A DNA stretch of 55,879 bases, from assembly GCA_035512795.1 (NCBI GenBank), contig DATKDF010000075.1, positions 1 to 55,879 on the forward strand, in the 5' to 3' direction. Below the pieces are notes generated by a model. It searched no databases. It was given only the letters and a program-made list of their open reading frames with translations, and was not told the DNA's origin. The stretch is from Vicinamibacterales bacterium. Its GTDB lineage: Bacteria > Acidobacteriota > Vicinamibacteria > Vicinamibacterales > SCN-69-37. This document shows positions 1-10,530 of the stretch, piece by piece (position 1 is the first letter of the stretch; every line of letters starts with the position of its first letter). The position numbers and the translations under genes were made by a program.

Positions 1-330
1 GTCGATCTGCTGGTCGCGAGTCCAGCCGGCGACCGGTATCGCGTCGAGCCGTTTCAGAAAGGCCTGGTTCTCGGAGAGTTTCCGAGTGAGCGTGGGCGCC
101 GTGTAGTCGGGGGCGCCGTCGGCCATCGCCGGCCGCTCGAACTGCCGCCACTCTTCGAAGAGCTGCACGAGCGATGCATACCCGGACGATGCCGCAGACT
201 GGGCGAAGCCCAGCGATCCGGCGGTGAGCGTCACGGCGACGAGGAGCGCGGCGAACGGGCGTCCACCTCGACCCGGACACCCCGCGACGCGCCCGTGGCT
301 CTCCTGGCGTGGGCAGAGGGTTGGTCGCAT
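1..330 (-). CDS. secreted hypothetical protein, N-terminal part only (gene continues past the left edge); possibly DUF885-like
   Basis: Absent from the ORF track because there is no stop inside the window. Manual minus-strand translation from ATG 330..328 gives MRPTLCPRQESHGRVAGCPGRGGRPFAALLVAVTLTAGSLGFAQSAASSGYASLVQLFEEWRQFERPAMADGAPDYTAPTLTRKLSENQAFLKRLDAIPVAGWTRDQQID, open down to position 1. It has a signal-peptide-like core and GC-rich third positions. A GGAGGAGAGG Shine-Dalgarno-like run (332-341) sits just upstream. The family guess is from memory only. Confidence 0.45.
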   Translation of the reverse strand, partial: MRPTLCPRQESHGRVAGCPGRGGRPFAALLVAVTLTAGSLGFAQSAASSGYASLVQLFEEWRQFERPAMADGAPDYTAPTLTRKLSENQAFLKRLDAIPVAGWTRDQQID

Positions 331-356
331 GCCTCTCCTCCGGCTGGCGCCGCACC

Positions 357-2525
357 TCAGGCTGAAGCCCGGCCGACCAGCTCCTCGAATCGCGGATCGT
401 CGCGGAGGCCCGCGAGGTCGGGATCGCGGCGCACCCAGTCGATGTTGGCGTACCCCGCCTTGATGGCCCGTGCGAGCATGTCCAATGCCTCGTCGGCGCG
501 GCCCAGCACTCCGTTGACACACGCGGCGTTATAGAGCGTGTTGCCGTCGTCCGGACGCAACTGCACGGCGCGCCGAAGCTCGCGGACGGCGTCGTCGGAT
601 CGGCCGACGTGGGCATAGCACGTGGCCAGCAGAATGCGGGCGCGAACGTCGTCGGGGACGAGTTCGAGCTGACGCTCGAGCGCGCGCATCTGACGTTCGC
701 GGACGCGGGATGCCTCGGCCTTGCGGCCCAATCGCTCGAGGCTGGCCCAGAACGGGATGTAGGTGTTGTAGTCGTCGCCGTTGGCTTCGAGCGCCTGTTC
801 GACGATCAGGGCCGCGTCCTCGAAGCGGTCCGAGGCGAAATAGGCGCGGCCGAGCACGTTGTAGGCGCCGTCACAGTCCGGCTTCCGATCGATGGCCAGC
901 CGGGCGTAGGTGGCCGCATCGCCGTACTTCTGCTGGGCGTAGTACATCCGCGCGCGAGCCGCCAGCACTTCCGCGCGGCCCGGTTCGAGCGCCATCGCGC
1001 GATCGCAGGCCGCCAGCCCGCGGTCGATCCAGCGCGGGTCCTTCTCGCGAAGCTCGTAGATGAGGCCGCACACGTTGGCGACCCCGGCGTGCGCCAGCGC
1101 GAACTTCGGATCGCGCTCGATCGCCTGCTCGAACATCTGCAGGGCGAAGTCGAAGTTCTCGAGCCGGAGATAGTTGCGCCCGCGCAGGAAGTAGTCGTAC
1201 GCCTGCAGGTCCTCGGTGGGCTTCTGGGCGATGTGGGCTTCTTCCTGGGGCGAGAGCGTGATGCGGAGCGCCTGTGCGATCTTCCGGGCGATCTCGTCCT
1301 GGACTTCGAAGACGTCCTCCATCTCCCGGTCGTAGCGCTCGACCCAGACCGAGTGGCGCGTGCGCGTTTCGACCAGCTGCGCGCTGATGCGCAGCCGGTT
1401 GCCCGAACGGCGCAAGCTGCCACCGAGGACGTACGCCGCGTTCAACTCCTGCCCGATCTGGGCCGGGGCCGAGGGCTTGTCGCGATAGGCCAGCATCTCG
1501 AGCCGGGGGAACACGTGCAGATGCCGGATCTTGGACAGCTCGGTGATGATGTCCTCGGTCATCCCGTCGCGAAAGTACTCGTCGTCGCGGGCGCCGCCCA
1601 GGTTCTCGAAGTAGAGCACCGCCACCGAGGCCTTCGCCTTTGCGACCGGTTGCCCCGCGCGCGGCGTGCGGCCCGAATCGGCATCCTGGCGCAGCGCGCG
1701 GAGGTCGGCACAGAGATCGGCCGCACCCTGGTAGCGGGCCCGCCGGTCCTTCTGAAGCGCCTTGCCGATGATGCGATCCAGCTCGGCTGGCAGCGCCGCG
1801 TTCTCCCGAACCGCCGGCGGCGGATCGGTATGGAGAATGCCGTCGAAGATCGTGGCCGTCGTCGCACCCGGAAACGCCGGGCGGCCGGTGGCCATCTCGA
1901 AAATCACGGCGCCGAGCGAGAACAGGTCACTCCGCGCGTCGAGGTCCTCGCCCCGCGCCTGCTCGGGTGACATGTACGCCACCGTGCCGAGAGCCGTGCC
2001 CGGGCTCGTCAAGCCGGCATCGGCAACCGTGGCCGTCTCGCCACCCGACGACTGCGGTGCCTGTTTCGCGAGACCGAAGTCGAGAATCTTGGCATGGCCG
2101 CGACTGGTCACGAAGATGTTCGCCGGCTTGATATCCCGGTGGATGATGCCCTTGCCATGCGCCGCATCGAGTCCATCGGCAATCTGAATGGCCAGATCGA
2201 GGAGCTCCTGTGCCGGCATCGGCCGGCCCTCGATTCGGTGCTTCAGCGTCTGTCCCTCGAGCAGCTCCATGACGATGAACGGCTGCCCGTCGTGGCTGCC
2301 GATCTCGTAGATGACGCAGATGTTCGGGTGATTGAGGGCCGCCGCCGCGCGGGCCTCGCGGCTCAGGCGCTCGAGCGCCTGTTTGTCCTCGGAGACCGTT
2401 TCAGGCAGAAACTTGAGGGCGACCGAGCGGCCAAGCTGGGTGTCCTCGGCTTCATAGACCACCCCCATGCCGCCGCCTCCGAGTTTGCCCCGGACGCGAT
2501 ATCTGGAAACGGTCTGTCCAATCAT
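357..2525 (-). CDS. Ser/Thr protein kinase with TolB_N-like middle segment and C-terminal TPR repeats
   Basis: Track ORF 357..2582. Hanks kinase motifs are present: [37 protein letters not shown]. They are followed by [11 protein letters not shown]...[17 protein letters not shown] and TPR-like helical repeats. No obvious membrane helix. Start set at ATG 2525 ([11 protein letters not shown]). The longest option, 2582, would overlap the terminator-like hairpins at 2584-2620. Confidence 0.9.
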   Translation of the reverse strand: MIGQTVSRYRVRGKLGGGGMGVVYEAEDTQLGRSVALKFLPETVSEDKQALERLSREARAAAALNHPNICVIYEIGSHDGQPFIVMELLEGQTLKHRIEGRPMPAQELLDLAIQIADGLDAAHGKGIIHRDIKPANIFVTSRGHAKILDFGLAKQAPQSSGGETATVADAGLTSPGTALGTVAYMSPEQARGEDLDARSDLFSLGAVIFEMATGRPAFPGATTATIFDGILHTDPPPAVRENAALPAELDRIIGKALQKDRRARYQGAADLCADLRALRQDADSGRTPRAGQPVAKAKASVAVLYFENLGGARDDEYFRDGMTEDIITELSKIRHLHVFPRLEMLAYRDKPSAPAQIGQELNAAYVLGGSLRRSGNRLRISAQLVETRTRHSVWVERYDREMEDVFEVQDEIARKIAQALRITLSPQEEAHIAQKPTEDLQAYDYFLRGRNYLRLENFDFALQMFEQAIERDPKFALAHAGVANVCGLIYELREKDPRWIDRGLAACDRAMALEPGRAEVLAARARMYYAQQKYGDAATYARLAIDRKPDCDGAYNVLGRAYFASDRFEDAALIVEQALEANGDDYNTYIPFWASLERLGRKAEASRVRERQMRALERQLELVPDDVRARILLATCYAHVGRSDDAVRELRRAVQLRPDDGNTLYNAACVNGVLGRADEALDMLARAIKAGYANIDWVRRDPDLAGLRDDPRFEELVGRASA

Positions 2526-2577
2526 CAGTTGCGGACTCTGGCCGCAGCGAGCGTAGTGCGCCGGGAACAACCGCGTC

Positions 2578-2620
2578 AACAAAGCCCGTTTTCCGGGCCG
2601 ATCGTGCGCCTACGATCGGC
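2578..2620 (-). terminator. tandem hairpins plus U-rich tract after the 2610..3077 gene
   Basis: Perfect 9-bp stem GCCGATCGT (2597-2605) / ACGATCGGC (2612-2620) with a 6-nt loop, straddling the stop codon. A second 5-bp stem follows: GCCCG (2584-2588) / CGGGC (2594-2598). On the minus-strand RNA these are followed by UUUGUUG. Confidence 0.45.
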
Positions 2621-3077
2621 TGAGCACGGCCTCCACCGCCAGATCCTCCCTGCCCTCGGGCCAGATGTTGTGCATCACGATGCGCAACCGGTCGGCGGAT
2701 GGCTCGAGACGAATCGTCCATCCCCAGTCGGGTCCCGGGGGCGCCGGGTAGGTGCCGCGCACGAACAGCGGGCCGCCTGGCTCGGCCGTGCCTTCCATGC
2801 GCATCACCTTGACGCCGTTGTGCCACGAGTCGAGCCAATGCGCCGTGACGGCATTCCGGTCCTTCTCGAACCCGACGACGATCAAACCGTCCTGGGGTTG
2901 TCCCTCGTCGGCCCAGGTGTAGGCCATCGTCACGAAGCGGCCTTGTCCGGCGGTCCCGACGACCACGGTGGCGTCCGACGAGCGCGCGGGCTTGTCGGGA
3001 TCGACCCACAGCCTGTTCGTACCGGTCCACCGGCCTGTACAGGCCTTCAACTGCGCGAGCACGCTCATGCGGGCCAC
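2610..3077 (-). CDS. small soluble protein, DUF1579-like
   Basis: 155-aa ORF with GC3-rich codons and protein-like composition (MARMSVLAQLKACTGRWTGTNRLWVD...WLDSWHNGVKVMRMEG...). Resemblance to DUF1579 is from memory only. Function unknown. Confidence 0.6.
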   Translation of the reverse strand: MARMSVLAQLKACTGRWTGTNRLWVDPDKPARSSDATVVVGTAGQGRFVTMAYTWADEGQPQDGLIVVGFEKDRNAVTAHWLDSWHNGVKVMRMEGTAEPGGPLFVRGTYPAPPGPDWGWTIRLEPSADRLRIVMHNIWPEGREDLAVEAVLSRS

Positions 3078-3195
3078 CTCTCAGGCGACGACATGGCGCG
3101 ACGATATCGAACTTCACCGGCGGTCGTCCATCACCGCGAGGCCGGCTTGCCTCCGCCGGGCGTTGACGCGACACTATGCGCGGGAGTTGACCGCC

Positions 3196-5415
3196 ATGTC
3201 GAACCGTCTCACCGTCGTCGCCCTGTCCGTGCTCGCCGGCCTCTCCGCGACGATGTCCACAACGGCGGCCACGAGCCCCACGACTGTCACCGCAGCCAGC
3301 GTCCAGGCCACGCGCCTCGTGACGGTCCGCGATACGCAGAACTTCGTGAACGTCGGCAGTCCGGCGATTTCGCCCGACGGGCAGTGGGTCCTGTACACGC
3401 GCGGGCAGCGCGACTGGACGGACGCGCAGTTGCGCACGCGGACGCACATCTGGCGCGTCCGGATTGACGGGACCGGTGCACGGCAGTTGACGTTCGGCGA
3501 CGCGAACACGACGTCGCCCACCTGGTTCCCCGACGGGACGCGCGTCGCGTTCACATCGTCACGGCGCACGGGCAGCAGTCCTGAAGCCGGCGGCACGGAG
3601 CCCGGTGAAGGTAACGGCGGCAACCAGGTCTTCGTGATGTACACCGACGGCGGCGAGGCCTGGCCGGCGACGAAGCACGAGGGTGGCGTGTCGGGCTTCT
3701 CGATTTCGCCCGACGGACAGAAGATCCTGTTCACGGCGCAGGACCCGCTCACGGCCGAGGATCGTCGCCGGCGGCGCGAGCGTGACGACCCGGACGTGGT
3801 CGACTCGACGTTCCGGTGGTCCCATCTCTGGTACCTCGACCTCGCCGCGGGTGAGGAGAAGCGCATCACCCGCGGCGACTTCGTCGTGAGCGATCCGCAG
3901 TGGTCGCCCGACTCGATGCGCGTCGCCTACGTCACACGACCGACGACCAGGGTCAACGACAGTGCCTGGGCCGATGTGTGGGTGACCGATCTGGCGGGGA
4001 CGACGCGCAAGCTCCACGAGAACGCCGGTCCCGATACGAGCCCGCGGTGGTCGCCCGACGGGCGCACGCTGGCCGTCGCGTCCAAGGTGCAGTCGGGCAA
4101 CACGCAGTGGTACGACAAGCTGCATCTGTTTCCGGCCGGCGGCGGCGAGCCGCGCGTGCTCCTGCGCGACTTCGACCTGGATTTCAGCACGCCCATCTGG
4201 GCGCCCGATGGGCGTGTCGTCTACTGGTCGACAGGCCAGGGCACGGGCACGTCGCTGTTCGGCGTCGACACCACGAGTGGCGAGTTGACGACGACCCGTG
4301 CACCGATGCGCGGCGTGAGCGGCGGCTTCCAGTTGTCGCGCGACGGCACCACGTGGGTGTTCAGCAACTCGCAGGGTCGTACCTCGGGAGACCTCTGGGC
4401 GGTGCGCCGCGAGGCCAGCGGCTTCGGAACACCGGTGCGGCTGACCTACGCCAACCCCTGGCTCGAGTCGGAGGGCGTACAGCTTGGTGATGTCGAGACC
4501 GTCCGCTGGACCAACTCCGAGGGCGGCACCATCGAGGGCGTCCTGACGCGGCCGGCGGGCTACCGTCAGGGCAGGCGCTATCCGCTCATCGTCAACCCGC
4601 ACGGCGGACCGAGTTCGGCAAACACGGAGGGGTTCAGCTCCGCCAACCAGTTGCTCGCGGCCAACGGCTTTCTCGTGCTGCAGGTCAACTTCCGCGGCAG
4701 CAGCAACTACGGCCAGCAGCACCTGAACGCGAACCGCAATACGTGGGGCATCCTCGACTACGACGACATCATGAAGGGCGTCGACTACATCATCGAGCAG
4801 GGGTGCGCGGACCCGGACCGCATGGTCGCCTACGGCTGGAGCTACGGCGGTTACATGACGTTCTGGATGTCGACGCAGACCGACCGGTTCAAGCTGATCG
4901 CGCCGGGCGCCGGGTTGACCAACCTGTACTCGATGTACTCGACGACGGACATCCCGGCGTATCTCGGCTGGTTCTTCGGCACGCCGTGGGACCACCCGGA
5001 GGTGTACGACCGGCTGTCACCCATCCGGCACGTGAAGAACGTGACGTCGACGATCCTCATCATGCACGGCGCCAACGACGCACGCGTGCCACCGACCCAG
5101 GCGGAAGAGTTCTACATGGCACTGAAGGATCTGGGCAAGGACGTCACCTACGTTCGCTATCCGCGACAGGGCCACGGCATCACGGAGACGCGCCTGGCGA
5201 TGGACCGGCTGCGGCGCTACGTCTGCGCCTTCACACACGCGGTCGGCACGACGTCGACCACCGAAACGTGTCGCGACGGCGTACCGGTGGCCGAGCCGGA
5301 CGAGAACCCGCGCGGCGGATCGGGCGACGGGATCATCACGGTCGATCTGCCGTGGAGCGCGCCGCCGACCGGCGGGCTCGCCGGCGAACGGCTCGACCGG
5401 GGCACGTTCAACTGA
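3196..5415 (+). CDS. S9 family serine peptidase (prolyl oligopeptidase / acylaminoacyl-peptidase type) with PD40 propeller
   Basis: Track ORF 2968..5415 trimmed in frame to ATG 3196, which gives a signal peptide MSNRLTVVALSVLAGLSATMSTTAA. PD40-type repeats: ISPDGQW, FPDGTRVAF, ISPDGQKILF, WSPDSMRVAY, WSPDGRTLA. C-terminal alpha/beta hydrolase with GWSYGG nucleophile elbow, MHGANDARVP and QGHGI. Confidence 0.9.
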   Translation: MSNRLTVVALSVLAGLSATMSTTAATSPTTVTAASVQATRLVTVRDTQNFVNVGSPAISPDGQWVLYTRGQRDWTDAQLRTRTHIWRVRIDGTGARQLTFGDANTTSPTWFPDGTRVAFTSSRRTGSSPEAGGTEPGEGNGGNQVFVMYTDGGEAWPATKHEGGVSGFSISPDGQKILFTAQDPLTAEDRRRRRERDDPDVVDSTFRWSHLWYLDLAAGEEKRITRGDFVVSDPQWSPDSMRVAYVTRPTTRVNDSAWADVWVTDLAGTTRKLHENAGPDTSPRWSPDGRTLAVASKVQSGNTQWYDKLHLFPAGGGEPRVLLRDFDLDFSTPIWAPDGRVVYWSTGQGTGTSLFGVDTTSGELTTTRAPMRGVSGGFQLSRDGTTWVFSNSQGRTSGDLWAVRREASGFGTPVRLTYANPWLESEGVQLGDVETVRWTNSEGGTIEGVLTRPAGYRQGRRYPLIVNPHGGPSSANTEGFSSANQLLAANGFLVLQVNFRGSSNYGQQHLNANRNTWGILDYDDIMKGVDYIIEQGCADPDRMVAYGWSYGGYMTFWMSTQTDRFKLIAPGAGLTNLYSMYSTTDIPAYLGWFFGTPWDHPEVYDRLSPIRHVKNVTSTILIMHGANDARVPPTQAEEFYMALKDLGKDVTYVRYPRQGHGITETRLAMDRLRRYVCAFTHAVGTTSTTETCRDGVPVAEPDENPRGGSGDGIITVDLPWSAPPTGGLAGERLDRGTFN

Positions 5416-7729
5416 GCCCGGCGTCACCGGCACGGCCAAGTTCGTCGTCGAGCACGCGCACCACCATGTCGACGTCGTCGGCCGTGACGACCATCGGGGG
5501 CTTGATCTTGATCACGTTGTGATGGGGGCCGTCGGTGCTCGCGAGGATCCCGCGCGAGGCGAGGCGATTGACCAGGTCGTCGGCTTCCCTGGCAGCCGGT
5601 TCGCGCGTGGCGCGATCGCGAACGAGATCGACGCCCACGAACAGGCCGGCGCCGCGGACGTCACCGAGGAGTGGGTGCCTCGCCGATAGTCCCGACAGCC
5701 CCTGCCGCAGGCGCGTCCCGACGTCGAGTGCATGCGCCTGCAATCCCTCGTCGGCGATGACATCGAGCACCGCCAGGCCGACCGCGCACGACACCGGGTT
5801 GCCGCCGAACGTGGAGAAGAACTCCATCCCGTTGGCGAACGCGTCGGCTATCGCGCGCGTCGTGACCACCGCACCGATCGGGTGCCCATTGCCCATCGGC
5901 TTGCCCAGGACGACGATGTCGGGCACGACGTTCTGGAGCTCGAACCCCCAGAAGTGCGAGCCGACGCGCCCGAAGCCAGTCTGTACTTCGTCGACAATGC
6001 AGAGGCCGCCCGCCCGGCGGACGTGAGCAAACGCCGTCTCCAGGTAGCCGGGCGGCGGCACGATCTGGCCGCCGCACGACATGAGCGATTCGGTGAGAAA
6101 CGCGGCGACCGGTGCCGGGGCGGCCGCAAGCACGCGTCCCACCTCGTCCCCGTAGGCGACACCCGTGGCGCGGGTGGCGCCCCGATGGACGCCGCGGTAG
6201 CCGTCTGGCATCGGCACGACATGGACCCACGGCTCGGCCACACCCGACCCGCCCGGCCCCATGAACTTGTACGGGCTCGCCGCGATGAGCCGGCTCGTGT
6301 GGCCGTGGTACGCACCGTCGACAACGAGCAGGTCGCGCCGGCCCGTCTGCGTCATCGCCAGACGGAGGGCGAGCTCGTTGGCCTCCGAGCCCGACGTGAC
6401 GAAGAGGCAGACGTCGAGGCCGGCAGGGAGCGTGGCCGTCAGCCTCTCGGCATAGGCGATCAGGTAGTCGTGCAGATAGCGCGTATTGGTGTTGAGGCGC
6501 GCCATCTGCCGCGCGGCGGCCTCGACGACCCGCCGATGACAGTGCCCGACATGACAGACGTTGTTGACCAGATCGAGAAACGTCCGGCCGCGGTCGTCGA
6601 TGAGGAACGGGCCGCGTCCGCGCACGATCTTGAGGGGAGCGCGATAGGCCACCGAGAGTGCCGAGCCGACAACGCGGCGGCGACGCGCCAGCAGGTCGGC
6701 CGCCGGCGCGCCGCGGTCGGCGTGCGGATCCCGCCCGGTGCCGGCGGCCAGCCGCGTCCCGGCGTCGGCCGGATCGATCGCCGTCAGCCGCTCGAGCAGG
6801 GCCCAGGCGCGAGCCTCGGTGACAAACCATGTGGGATGGTCCGGGTCAATCGTCCAATGATGCGCCGCCATCGCGACGGTGACCGAAAGACGGCCGAGGA
6901 CGAGCGGGAGGAGCACGCGAAGTTCGTCGAGCGAGAGTGATCGCTCGGCATCGTAGCCGGCGACCACCCGGGCGCCCGCGGTGAGCGGGTCGTCTTCGTC
7001 GAGCATCGCGTAGGCCAGCGCGATCGCCAGCTCGCAGACGGATGGATTCCAGAGTGCGTCACCAAAATCGATGAGTCCCGAGACGCGGTCGCCGGCGACG
7101 AGGACGTTCTCGTCGTTGGCGTCGCCGTGGATGAGCGCGTGCGGCAGGCGGGCCAGCTCGGGCACCGCGCCGGCGTACTGAAGGAACGTCCACTCGAGAA
7201 GCTGGCGGCGGTGACGGTCGGTGACGAGGGCGATCTTCCCGCGATGCTGGAGTGCCGCAGCAAGATCCCAGGCGTGGGTCCTCGGCCGATCGGGCGGCCC
7301 CAGGGTGGTCAATGCCCGGTTGAGGGCCGCGAGGACGCGTCCGAGGTCCCCGAACAGTCCCGCCGGCCGGACGGGCGTTTCGGCCCAGGTCGTGCCGGGC
7401 ACGAAGTCGAGCAGGCGCACACGGAGGCCGGATGAGCCAAACGTCGTCGCGCTCGTGGCGTGACCGGTGGTGGTCGTGTAGACCCGCGGCAGAGCGATGC
7501 CGAGCTCGGCGGCGTGGGCGAGCTCGACCAGGCGGAACTGGAGGTCGACGGCCGGCTCGTTGTAATCCTCGGCGACCTTGACGACGAACTGACGTCCGCT
7601 GCCAAGGTCGAGTCGATAGTTCAGGTGCTGGCCCGGCAGCCTGGTGAGGGTGCCCGAGAGATTGAATGCCTGCTTGATGGCGGCGGCGACGACGTCCAGC
7701 GAAGGGGCCGAGGTGGACGAAGCCGGCAT
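5408..7729 (-). CDS. bifunctional fusion: APH/hydroxylysine-kinase-like phosphotransferase (N) + class-III PLP enzyme of the ETNPPL/PHYKPL phospho-lyase type (C)
   Basis: N-terminal half has the APH-fold catalytic motifs [11 protein letters not shown] and IDFGD. C-terminal half has [51 protein letters not shown] and [12 protein letters not shown] (Schiff-base Lys). This matches my memory of human ETNPPL/PHYKPL rather than ordinary GABA/ornithine transaminases. Confidence 0.85.
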   Translation of the reverse strand: MPASSTSAPSLDVVAAAIKQAFNLSGTLTRLPGQHLNYRLDLGSGRQFVVKVAEDYNEPAVDLQFRLVELAHAAELGIALPRVYTTTTGHATSATTFGSSGLRVRLLDFVPGTTWAETPVRPAGLFGDLGRVLAALNRALTTLGPPDRPRTHAWDLAAALQHRGKIALVTDRHRRQLLEWTFLQYAGAVPELARLPHALIHGDANDENVLVAGDRVSGLIDFGDALWNPSVCELAIALAYAMLDEDDPLTAGARVVAGYDAERSLSLDELRVLLPLVLGRLSVTVAMAAHHWTIDPDHPTWFVTEARAWALLERLTAIDPADAGTRLAAGTGRDPHADRGAPAADLLARRRRVVGSALSVAYRAPLKIVRGRGPFLIDDRGRTFLDLVNNVCHVGHCHRRVVEAAARQMARLNTNTRYLHDYLIAYAERLTATLPAGLDVCLFVTSGSEANELALRLAMTQTGRRDLLVVDGAYHGHTSRLIAASPYKFMGPGGSGVAEPWVHVVPMPDGYRGVHRGATRATGVAYGDEVGRVLAAAPAPVAAFLTESLMSCGGQIVPPPGYLETAFAHVRRAGGLCIVDEVQTGFGRVGSHFWGFELQNVVPDIVVLGKPMGNGHPIGAVVTTRAIADAFANGMEFFSTFGGNPVSCAVGLAVLDVIADEGLQAHALDVGTRLRQGLSGLSARHPLLGDVRGAGLFVGVDLVRDRATREPAAREADDLVNRLASRGILASTDGPHHNVIKIKPPMVVTADDVDMVVRVLDDELGRAGDAGLS

Positions 7730-7792
7730 TTGAAGACTCAGGATAATCCGAATGGGTCACGGCGAGGTTTCGGTTGGGTTCTGCTGACATAC

Positions 7793-7806
7793 ATACCAGA
7801 CGGTAT
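7793..7806. promoter_or_regulatory. inverted repeat ATACC-N4-GGTAT, candidate TetR operator
   Basis: Perfect 5+5 palindrome ATACCAGACGGTAT in the unusually AT-rich 159-bp divergent intergenic region between 7729 and 7889. Confidence 0.45.
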
Positions 7807-7837
7807 CTAATGTAACCGGCACCTAGTACATTCAATA

Positions 7838-7853
7838 CATACTAGTTGGTATG
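7838..7853. promoter_or_regulatory. inverted repeat CATAC-N6-GTATG, second candidate TetR operator
   Basis: CATACTAGTTGGTATG shares the ATAC/GTAT half-site with the 7793-7806 palindrome. A further GATACC half-site follows at about 7863. Confidence 0.4.
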
Positions 7854-7888
7854 CAATTCATGATACCATCATCAACGACTGACAGACC

Positions 7889-8485
7889 GTGGCCGCCAAG
7901 CGACCAGCAGAAACACGTCGGCGAATCGTTGCTTCAGCCTTCTGGGAAATCTACCGCCAGGGCTTCCAGAGCAGCAGTATCGACCGCATCCTCGACGGAA
8001 CCCAGGTCACCCGAGGCGCCCTCTTCCACCACTTTCCCAGCAAACAGCACCTGGGCTACGCCGTCGTCGATGAAGCCGTCGCCCCCTGGATCGACGAGCG
8101 ATGGATCACCCCGCTCGCCGGCGCTGGCAGCGTCGCCGACGGGATCGCGTCCACGGTCAATGCCTACCTCGACGCCGGACCGGATGAGATCATCATCGGC
8201 GGCTGCCCGCTCAACAACCTGATTCAGGAAATGGCCGCCCTCGACGAGGGCTTCAGGGTCCGCCTCGACCGCATCGCGACCGCCTGGCGGTCGACCGTAA
8301 CCGACCTCTGGCATCGAACCGCCACGCCCGCCGGCAGCCCGGACGACGCCGCGCGCTGGGCCGGCTTCATCGTCAGCAGCATCGAGGGCCTGCTCGGCGC
8401 AGCCAAACTTGCCAGAAGCCGCGCGCCGGCAGACGAGGCCGCCCGCCTGCTCGTCTCGGTCATCCGCACGGCGGGCGCCGGGTAG
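7889..8485 (+). CDS. TetR/AcrR family transcriptional regulator
   Basis: N-terminal HTH: [53 protein letters not shown]. About 200 aa, helical C-terminal ligand domain. Divergent from the fusion enzyme gene. Confidence 0.9.
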   Translation: MAAKRPAETRRRIVASAFWEIYRQGFQSSSIDRILDGTQVTRGALFHHFPSKQHLGYAVVDEAVAPWIDERWITPLAGAGSVADGIASTVNAYLDAGPDEIIIGGCPLNNLIQEMAALDEGFRVRLDRIATAWRSTVTDLWHRTATPAGSPDDAARWAGFIVSSIEGLLGAAKLARSRAPADEAARLLVSVIRTAGAG

Positions 8486-9074
8486 TCAGTCCCGAAAGAC
8501 CTCGGCGTAGTCGTCGATGGCCGCCTGCACGACCTTGCGTGCGTGCGCCCGACCGTACACGGCGCGTGATTCTGGCCTTGGCGCGTTCGCCAGGCACCAG
8601 CTTGTAGGTCAGAAAATAGTGCTGCAGCCGCTCGACGAGAACCTCGGGCAGGTCGCCGATGTCCCGGGCGGTGCCCCAGACGTAGTCGTTGTCGAGTACG
8701 CCGATGATCTTGTCGTCGGCCTCGCTGGCATCCACCATCTGCAGGCCGCCGACAACGCGCGCCCGCACGAGAATCTCGCCGCGCTGAATCGGACGCTCCG
8801 AGAGCACGCAGATATCGAGCGGGTCCTCGTCGCCGCGGGTCGACCGCGGTGAAAGCCGGTGCGTGCGCGGCCCGCAGTACGTGCGCGGCACGAAGCCGTA
8901 GAGCGCCGGCGGCTGCGACGACCCACGCTGCGGTCGGTCGATGCGGAGGTAGCCGCTCTGCTTGTCGACCTCGTACTTGACGAGGTCGAACGGCGTCACC
9001 TCGATGAAGGCGGTGATCAGGTCCGGCGGGTCGGGCCCGACCTCCAGTCCATGCCAGGGGTGCGGGCGGAACAT
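8460..9074 (-). CDS. ppa: family I inorganic pyrophosphatase, with apparent 1-nt frameshift near the 3' end
   Basis: Motifs [54 protein letters not shown]. Start set at ATG 9074 (MFRPHPWH). After ...KARITR the given frame becomes Arg/Gly-rich junk. The adjacent frame reads [24 protein letters not shown] and stops at 8486-8488 (see finding). Confidence 0.85.
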   Translation of the reverse strand: MFRPHPWHGLEVGPDPPDLITAFIEVTPFDLVKYEVDKQSGYLRIDRPQRGSSQPPALYGFVPRTYCGPRTHRLSPRSTRGDEDPLDICVLSERPIQRGEILVRARVVGGLQMVDASEADDKIIGVLDNDYVWGTARDIGDLPEVLVERLQHYFLTYKLVPGERAKARITRRVRSGARTQGRAGGHRRLRRGLSGLTTRRPPCG

Positions 9075-9175
9075 GCTCGTGCGGGGCGCGGCAGGTTCCC
9101 GCGGGCGGCGGCTGGACATCGGAGACCTCCGATACGAAGACGATACTTTACTCCTTTTCCAGACCGAGGCAGGAT

Positions 9176-10525
9176 GTGCGCATGCGAATCTCGCGGCGGC
9201 AGTGGTTGCGCACGGCGGCCGCGGTGCCGGCCTGGGGCGCGCTCCGCGGGCTCGAGTCGCTCATGCTCGGCCCGCTCGGGAGCATCGCGTCGGCCCGCTC
9301 GGCCGGCTACGGACATCTGTCACCGGCCCGGGCCGCCAACACCAGCGAGATCCTGCTGGCCCTGCCCGAAGGCTTCACCTACACCGTGTTCGGCCGCAAG
9401 GGCGATCCGATGACCGACGGCCTGCCGACTCCGGAGGCGCACGACGGCATGGCGGCTTTCGAGGTGAATGGCGAGCTTCGCCTGGTGCGCAACCACGAAA
9501 TCCGGACGGGACCGAGGCGTGGCGGAGCGATTGTTCAGCAGGGTCCGTCGTACGACCCGGACGCCGGCGGCGGCACGACGACCCTCGTGATCGATCCCGA
9601 GACGATGGAGCCGACCCGGAGCTTCGCGAGCCTGAGCGGGACGATGGTCAATTGCGCCGGCGGTCCGACGCCCTGGGGCAGTTGGGTCACGTGCGAAGAG
9701 ACGACCACGGGCGTGGCGACCGGCTACGCCCGGCCGCACGGCTACTGCTTTGAGGTACCGGCGGACGCCGATGAGCCGGTCGATCCGATTCCCCTCAAGG
9801 CCATGGGACGGTTCGTCCACGAGGCCATCGCCGTCGACCCAGCTACTGGCATCGTCTACCTGACCGAGGATCGAAATTCGTCCGGGCTGTACCGGTTCAT
9901 CCCGGCCCGGCCGGGCCAGTTGGCCGAGGGCGGGCGTCTCGAGATGCTGGCGGTTGGCGGGCACCCGCAGTACGACTCGCGTCGCAACCAGAAGCCGTTC
10001 GACCCCATGCCGGTTGCCTGGGTGCCGATCGAGGACCCGGACCCGGCCGACGCGGAAACCAACGTCGAGTCGATGCGCCAGCAGGGCTTCCGCCAGGGCG
10101 GTGCGACGTTTGCGCGACTCGAAGGGGCGTGGTTCGGCTCCGGCTGTCTATATGTGACGGCCACCAACGGTGGCGACCGGCGTTTCGGTCAGGTCTGGGA
10201 GTACCGGCCCGGTGAGGACGGCGGCTGGCTTCGGTTGATCTACGAATCGACCGACCACACCCGGCTGGTCGGCCCCGACAACATCTGCGTCAGCCCGCGC
10301 GGCGGCCTCGTCATCTGCGAGGACGGCCCCGAAGTGCAGTACCTCCGCGGCCTGACGGTGGACGGCCAGATCTTCGATTTCGCCCGGAACGCCGTGCCGG
10401 CCTTTGAGGAATCCGAGTTTGCCGGCGCCACGTTCAGCCCTGACGGGCGCACGCTCTTTGTCAACATCCAGGGCCCCGGCCTGACGTTCGCGATCCGTGG
10501 CGACTGGCCCAGAGGACCATTTTAA
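9176..10525 (+). CDS. Tat-exported PhoX/DUF839 family beta-propeller protein (putative phosphatase)
   Basis: Twin-arginine signal [19 protein letters not shown]. Hallmark [17 protein letters not shown]. Other segments: [22 protein letters not shown]. Confidence 0.8.
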   Translation: MRMRISRRQWLRTAAAVPAWGALRGLESLMLGPLGSIASARSAGYGHLSPARAANTSEILLALPEGFTYTVFGRKGDPMTDGLPTPEAHDGMAAFEVNGELRLVRNHEIRTGPRRGGAIVQQGPSYDPDAGGGTTTLVIDPETMEPTRSFASLSGTMVNCAGGPTPWGSWVTCEETTTGVATGYARPHGYCFEVPADADEPVDPIPLKAMGRFVHEAIAVDPATGIVYLTEDRNSSGLYRFIPARPGQLAEGGRLEMLAVGGHPQYDSRRNQKPFDPMPVAWVPIEDPDPADAETNVESMRQQGFRQGGATFARLEGAWFGSGCLYVTATNGGDRRFGQVWEYRPGEDGGWLRLIYESTDHTRLVGPDNICVSPRGGLVICEDGPEVQYLRGLTVDGQIFDFARNAVPAFEESEFAGATFSPDGRTLFVNIQGPGLTFAIRGDWPRGPF

Positions 10526-10530
10526 AGACC

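Noticed and set aside
7851-8222. 123-aa ORF starting inside the second TetR operator palindrome
   Set aside because: It is out of frame with, and almost fully overlapped by, the TetR gene, which has a clear HTH. Its composition is Ser/Pro/Thr-rich off-frame sequence.
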